A stretch of 64,000 nucleotides of DNA from positions 1-64,000 of the IMG/VR virus record IMGVR_UViG_3300029305_002015. One strand, written 5' to 3'. Positions 58,872-64,000 of the stretch are shown piece by piece. The position numbers and the translations under genes were made by a program. Within the stretch, counting starts at the first letter, position 1; every line of letters begins with the position of its first letter. Source of the DNA: a virus. Taxonomy: Duplodnaviria > Caudoviricetes. The notes under the pieces were generated by a model. That model worked only from the letters and a program-made list of their open reading frames with translations, made no database searches and was not told where the DNA came from.

Positions 58872-60776
58872 TTATACATAAGCTTCAACGGTTTCATTAT
58901 GAGATTCATTGACATCACTGTCAAGGAAGATACACTGATTACCAGAGATCAGAATCTTGATAAGTTCAGATGCTACAGACAGAACCATTGCATCAGTCTC
59001 AGCAGAAGTAATGATATTCTCATTATACTCAAGAGTCTCAAGATCGAAAGTTTTATTCTGCTGGATAGAACTATTAATGATCTCTGCACCCTTATCAATT
59101 GCAGCCTGTTCAAGAGCAGCTACTGCTTCAGGTTCATTGGAAGTATACTGCCAACGATCAACGAGTTTGATCATACCCTGACCAGTTGCACCATGTAGAA
59201 CCTGAGCATATACCATTCGAACTGCATCATAGATCATATCCAGAATACCATATCTGAGACGGATATCATTAGTAAGGCTCTTCATGTATTCATTCGGATT
59301 CTCGGTCTTCTCAGGAAGGATATCTCTCATTGCATCAATACATGCACGAGCAATTGTGATCTGACAACCAGGAACAACACCATACTTGATTGCAGAACGT
59401 ACACACTTTATTACATCTTCAACGGAGTCCCAAATAATCTGTTTCTGAAGATCACTATCTGCACCAATGTAATAGATGAAGTTCTTCATCTCTAACTGAA
59501 GTACACGAGCATTGGCTTCATAGATCTTGGAAGAATAAGACTGCTTCTCTGCATCAGTAGTAGCAGTAATCTGCTCAAGATCAGTACGAGCACGGCGAAG
59601 TGCATCCTGATATTTCTCATCAGATTCAATATCCTCAACACGGAAGATAGAACCTGTATTACAAGACAGAAGAGCTTCTGCTGCCTTACCAATTACTCGA
59701 TGGAACTCATAACTGTTATTATTGAGAACATCTTCAACCCATGCGTCAACAGTAGCACGATCAAACTTTTCAATCATACCAGTATACAGTTCCTGAGTAA
59801 TAACTTTAGCTCTGAGAATAGTAGCCAAGTCAACAAGCTGATTAGGCTCAAGTTTACCCATTGCATACTGAGCCATAATGATATTAATTCCACCCTTATT
59901 TCTCATCTCATAAGTGAGATACTGATCAACAACAGTTTCACACATATAAGCATCATAGAAAGGAGCAAGGATAAGAAGTTTACTACCCATGGCTCTCATA
60001 CATTCATTGATAGGAATAATGAACTTGTTAAACATATCAGTTTCAACTTTGTGATCAAAGATCATTACAAATACATTCTTCTCAGTAGCACTAAGATCCT
60101 GATTACGAACAAAAGCATCACTGATAAGATTGGCAGGGAAATCAAATCCATTGATTGCAGATACATAAGACTTATTAGTAGGAGAATCCTTCATTTTAAT
60201 GGAAGGAGATTTAGCATTCTTATAAGTCTCAGCAATAGCATGAGCAATCTCTTCATTACCATTAGACGTTACATATGCAATATTATAAATGGAATCATAA
60301 TCAGTAGGATCAATAGGTCTAGCAGCACTATGAACTCTATTCTTCAGATCCTCAATAATTTCATCCCAAGCTCTATTGAACTGACGAGGAAGCCTATATA
60401 AAGTGTTAAAAGCAGCCTTACGGCTAATAACACCATTACCACCATTATATTGCTTGAATAAAGCATTGGTAAGGACGATAGCAGTAGTAGTACCATCACC
60501 TACGGTATTATTCATACGAATACAAGGTGCTTTGATAAGATTATATATCATCCTCTTATAACGGTTATGGAAACGATACTTCATTAAGATGGCATGTCCA
60601 TCTTTCGTAGCCTCAGTCATCATACCATCAAGAATGGTAGCAGATGAACCTAGAGGTCCTAACGACTTGCTTAAATTATCGGAGATAACTCCAAATACCT
60701 CATTGATCAATCCCTCGAATTCTTCTTGAGGAATAATGTTGCAATGATTCTGATTAGAATAGTCTAAAAATCCCAT
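58872..60776 (-). CDS. Phage-encoded GroEL-like chaperonin
   Basis: SLGPLG, TKDG, GDGTTT ATP-binding motif, VEDVIKCVRSAIKYGVVPG. Confidence 0.88.
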   Translation of the reverse strand: MGFLDYSNQNHCNIIPQEEFEGLINEVFGVISDNLSKSLGPLGSSATILDGMMTEATKDGHAILMKYRFHNRYKRMIYNLIKAPCIRMNNTVGDGTTTAIVLTNALFKQYNGGNGVISRKAAFNTLYRLPRQFNRAWDEIIEDLKNRVHSAARPIDPTDYDSIYNIAYVTSNGNEEIAHAIAETYKNAKSPSIKMKDSPTNKSYVSAINGFDFPANLISDAFVRNQDLSATEKNVFVMIFDHKVETDMFNKFIIPINECMRAMGSKLLILAPFYDAYMCETVVDQYLTYEMRNKGGINIIMAQYAMGKLEPNQLVDLATILRAKVITQELYTGMIEKFDRATVDAWVEDVLNNNSYEFHRVIGKAAEALLSCNTGSIFRVEDIESDEKYQDALRRARTDLEQITATTDAEKQSYSSKIYEANARVLQLEMKNFIYYIGADSDLQKQIIWDSVEDVIKCVRSAIKYGVVPGCQITIARACIDAMRDILPEKTENPNEYMKSLTNDIRLRYGILDMIYDAVRMVYAQVLHGATGQGMIKLVDRWQYTSNEPEAVAALEQAAIDKGAEIINSSIQQNKTFDLETLEYNENIITSAETDAMVLSVASELIKILISGNQCIFLDSDVNESHNETVEAYV

Positions 60777-60888
60777 AGTTTCAAATCCTTTCTGTTTTAT
60801 TAGAATTACTTTAGATTGTTATAGCTTCAGCTATTAATATACAAGTAAAAATGCTACAGCTACTTTAATTAAAAAGGAGGTGTTCTAA

Positions 60889-61476
60889 ATGAAACGAAGA
60901 GAAGATATAATTTATGATCAAAAATTTGGACACATTCCTGACAGCCAATTAGAACGTATCACACATATACTTGGTAAACGTGCAGGAAATGAAAAATATA
61001 ATGCTATGATTGCCTCTGAAGCAAAGAGGATAAAACGGATTAAAACTACTACTATTAAATTTACTATGTGGAAGATAGTTAAACCATCTGCTCGTCCCAG
61101 ATTCAATCGTCGTGGTGGTTATGTGCGAACATATGTACCTCATGCAAAGGAAAATGGAGATTGGTTTGAAGAGTTTGCTAAAGAAAATAATCTTCCATTT
61201 ATTGATACTCCATGTACCCTTAACATGTCTATTTATGAAAAGACTCCTGATTCATTTAATATGAAACAAAAGGTATTAGCTGAATTAGGTTTAATAAGAC
61301 CATGGAAACGAACTGGTGACTTTGACAACTATGCTAAAGGTATAGCTGATGCTATTCAGCATGGTATGTTAGCTGATGACTGTTTAGTAGTTGAATCAAC
61401 TCAGAAACTATATTACAGTATTAAACCTCATGCAGATATTGAAATTGTGTATATGAATAAGTTTCCTGAGTATTAA
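60889..61476 (+). CDS. RusA-like Holliday junction resolvase
   Basis: PSARPR and GDFDNYAKGIADAI...LADDCLVV catalytic Asp/Lys motif. Confidence 0.82.
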   Translation: MKRREDIIYDQKFGHIPDSQLERITHILGKRAGNEKYNAMIASEAKRIKRIKTTTIKFTMWKIVKPSARPRFNRRGGYVRTYVPHAKENGDWFEEFAKENNLPFIDTPCTLNMSIYEKTPDSFNMKQKVLAELGLIRPWKRTGDFDNYAKGIADAIQHGMLADDCLVVESTQKLYYSIKPHADIEIVYMNKFPEY

Positions 61477-61490
61477 GGAGGTAATATCTT

Positions 61491-62114
61491 ATGATGGGTA
61501 AAGATGTTGAAAGAATACTAGGAGGTATTAATGCAGTAAAAGATGCAGCTACCTCATGTATTTCTTCATTAGCAAATGCTACTGCATATAGATTAACTCA
61601 TGAAGCTACTCATGGTGGGTTATCTACTGCACCATGTTATCCTATTGAACAAGAACATCCTGCAGGAGCATCTGGATTTGTATCTCCTATTAGAGCTGCT
61701 ATGAGTGGTATAGCTTCTGATAAAGGTAAGATGGATACTCTTGCTAGTGGCCTATATACCAGCTCTAATAGTTTTAATAATGGATATGGTAGTCCTTGGA
61801 CTGAACTAAATAAACTAGAAGAAGCTATTTCTACGGCAGAAGCATTTGCAGGTGCACATGCTAATCTTGATTGGTTAGGTGAGAAAGCTGGTTTATTAGG
61901 ATTACTTAATGCTGTACTAAGTGCAGCTGTTGATGCCAAGTGGGCATTAACAATTTATCATGATTATATCCAAAGAGGATATGATAATAAATTCAATGGC
62001 AATAAACCTAGTATCACATTTACATCAGGTATTCAAAAAGAAACTGTTGGTAATATTAATCACGAGTATACCGACAATGTTCATATTGAGAAACCGTCTA
62101 TTGATCCATTCTAA
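61491..62114 (+). CDS. Hypothetical protein (207 aa)
   Basis: AAGGAGGT SD; Ala/Gly/Ser-rich. Confidence 0.7.
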   Translation: MMGKDVERILGGINAVKDAATSCISSLANATAYRLTHEATHGGLSTAPCYPIEQEHPAGASGFVSPIRAAMSGIASDKGKMDTLASGLYTSSNSFNNGYGSPWTELNKLEEAISTAEAFAGAHANLDWLGEKAGLLGLLNAVLSAAVDAKWALTIYHDYIQRGYDNKFNGNKPSITFTSGIQKETVGNINHEYTDNVHIEKPSIDPF

Positions 62115-62129
62115 ACTGGAGGTATTATT

Positions 62130-62396
62130 ATGGAACAACTTATTGAAATTATCGTTAATAATTTCTGGCAATTACTAATTATAATTGCTTTACTGTCTCA
62201 TCGATCTTGTTGGAAATATGGTATATTCCTATTATTCACAGAATTATTCTGGGGATTTAAATGGTATCTATACACCATTGTATTCATCTTCGCATTCATA
62301 TTTGATGTATTTGATCTTAACCAAAAGATGAAATCTCAATATGAAAGAAAAATAAAAGATTTAGAAGATAAACTTAGAGATCCTGATTACAGATAA
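62130..62396 (+). CDS. Small membrane protein with C-terminal coiled coil
   Basis: GGAGGT SD; 2-3 hydrophobic segments then charged tail. Confidence 0.65.
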   Translation: MEQLIEIIVNNFWQLLIIIALLSHRSCWKYGIFLLFTELFWGFKWYLYTIVFIFAFIFDVFDLNQKMKSQYERKIKDLEDKLRDPDYR

Positions 62397-62428
62397 AAGA
62401 TAGGGAGCACAATGCTCCCTATCTTTTT
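62395..62428. terminator. Bidirectional intrinsic terminator
   Basis: AAAAGATAGGGAGCA-caa-TGCTCCCTATCTTTT between convergent genes. Confidence 0.85.
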
Positions 62429-63560
62429 ATTTATATGACTCATTAATATACGCAGTTAATTCTTCCAATGACATTGGATTATCATACATCTTACTGATAT
62501 ATCTATGAATCTTATCAGGAATAGCTAATGAGTTATCAAGTATGAAATCATATTCATCTTCTATTTCCTCTTTGGCATCAGCAATTAGTTCAGTAGCTGT
62601 TTCTTTAATAAGAGGAGATATATGAGTATCATTAAATAGAATTGCTTTTAGATTTTCTTTAAATGAAGGATCAACATTCTCAGGTGCTCTAAAGATTATT
62701 CTGATCTTACCATGATTATCTCCTTCAAAGACTTCGGGATTATCTTCTCTAATCTTATCTATCTCTCTGATAATCTCATCAGGATTTTGAAATACTTTAG
62801 AGTCAGGAGTAAACTCATATGTTTTATATACATATGCTTGCTCATTCTCATAGAATGTGAATATACCATTTTCAATTATTCCATAACCCTTGGGTTCTTC
62901 CTGGCCAAATGAATCTCTAAATAATGATCCTAAATAGAATACATTATTTCCCATTTGAGTAAAGCTATGATAATGACCAAATACAGTTATATCAGATATT
63001 TCACTGAATGTATTAGATTGAAATCTAGGTACTCTCTTCTCATCATTCTTATGGCTACTGAATGAAATAATTGGAGGCATACCATCTTCAATTGTACCAT
63101 GGCCAAAGATATAGTTATATCTTTTTCCAGAATAAATAGTATTACCATAAAACTTCTGTTTGTTGTTGATATACTCTTCTGGAACATACAAAATATTGTA
63201 TCCATCAATGTTTTCCTCAGTCACTGTATCGAGTAATCTGATATCAACTGTAGTATCGGTAAAGTGATAATTGAATAGTTTATATTGTGCCATCTCATGT
63301 GATTCAGTTCCATATATGATTCTTATTTTTGTATTAGATCTTTCACATGCTCTAATTAGGAATGACATTACATTGATTGCGCATGACACATATTCTTCAT
63401 TTACTTTAAATAACCTATGGAAGTAATCTCCAAGAATAACTACCATATCAGTCTTTGTAAACATTACTTCTTTTTCAATGATATCAGTTATAACGTTATA
63501 TGTGTAAGTAGTATCTTTGATACTACCAATATGAATATCAGCAAATAACAATATTCTCAT
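62427..63560 (-). CDS. SbcD/Mre11-like metallophosphoesterase nuclease
   Basis: DIHIG, LGDYFH, GTESHE, FGHYH, YLGS motifs; ATG 63560 after GGAGGT. Confidence 0.85.
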   Translation of the reverse strand: MRILLFADIHIGSIKDTTYTYNVITDIIEKEVMFTKTDMVVILGDYFHRLFKVNEEYVSCAINVMSFLIRACERSNTKIRIIYGTESHEMAQYKLFNYHFTDTTVDIRLLDTVTEENIDGYNILYVPEEYINNKQKFYGNTIYSGKRYNYIFGHGTIEDGMPPIISFSSHKNDEKRVPRFQSNTFSEISDITVFGHYHSFTQMGNNVFYLGSLFRDSFGQEEPKGYGIIENGIFTFYENEQAYVYKTYEFTPDSKVFQNPDEIIREIDKIREDNPEVFEGDNHGKIRIIFRAPENVDPSFKENLKAILFNDTHISPLIKETATELIADAKEEIEDEYDFILDNSLAIPDKIHRYISKMYDNPMSLEELTAYINESYK

Positions 63561-63653
63561 ATCTAAAACCTCCATAAGATTTTATTTTATCACTTAATAA
63601 TATATTATCGAATGAAGAATAAAATAATAAACACATTAAGGAGGATCTATCAA

Positions 63654-64000
63654 ATGACACGCAAATTAATCCAACGGCAGCCCAATTATATCAGAATTGG
63701 TAGTACTCACATGTGGTTTAACCCCACGGCACAAAACTATTATCAAGTAAATGATAATTTTACTAGAGCAGATGATGTACATGTTTACTTAACTAAAGCA
63801 TCTGTAATTACCAATGAATTACAGGAATTTCTATCAAAGTTTTTCAAAAATGGATATAATTCTCCTTTAGTTACTATCCATATTCCTAGATATATAAAAG
63901 ATAGTGAAACTATTCTTGAAGATTTCGTATTCTCAGATACATTTTATGTTAATCCAGAGGATCTGCTTAGATTCGAAGTCCAGTATGTATTGAGTGAAAT
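63654..64000 (+). CDS. Hypothetical protein (partial, runs off window end)
   Basis: AAGGAGG SD, TATATTAT motif upstream, open frame MTRKLIQRQPNY... to the window end. Confidence 0.65.
   Translation, partial: MTRKLIQRQPNYIRIGSTHMWFNPTAQNYYQVNDNFTRADDVHVYLTKASVITNELQEFLSKFFKNGYNSPLVTIHIPRYIKDSETILEDFVFSDTFYVNPEDLLRFEVQYVLSE

Noticed and set aside
62130-62396. Holin call for this or the 24120 membrane protein
   Set aside because: Hydrophobic segments only; no adjacent endolysin or family motif
1-64000. Stop-codon reassignment as seen in some gut jumbo phages
   Set aside because: Genes are full length and densely packed under the standard code; no fragmentation at TAG or TGA

Overview
AT-rich, gene-dense window from a jumbo myophage of the phiKZ/AR9-like type, most likely infecting an anaerobic Firmicute (GGAGG ribosome-binding sites; BspA-LRR, InlB-B and CD1375-like modules). 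It carries a tail sheath (partial), an RNA polymerase beta'-like C-terminal subunit, terminase, major capsid and head proteins, DnaB and SF2 helicases, a dTMP module (deaminase, ThyX, Tmk), baseplate and tail-fibre genes including a 2580-aa Ig/LRR protein, a GroEL-like chaperonin, RusA and an SbcD/Mre11 nuclease. The most striking element is at 51973-58368: a tail-module LRR protein ending in six tandem C-[HY]-x-[DS] repeats, followed by two unknown genes and three radical SAM enzymes, which looks like a RiPP-style modification system aimed at a virion protein. Also notable: candidate small RNAs rich in anti-Shine-Dalgarno motifs, a structured leader that sequesters an RBS, an orphan MazF/PemK-fold fusion, and a domain shared between consecutive tail-fibre proteins. 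All product calls come from motif recognition by eye; no database searches were run.
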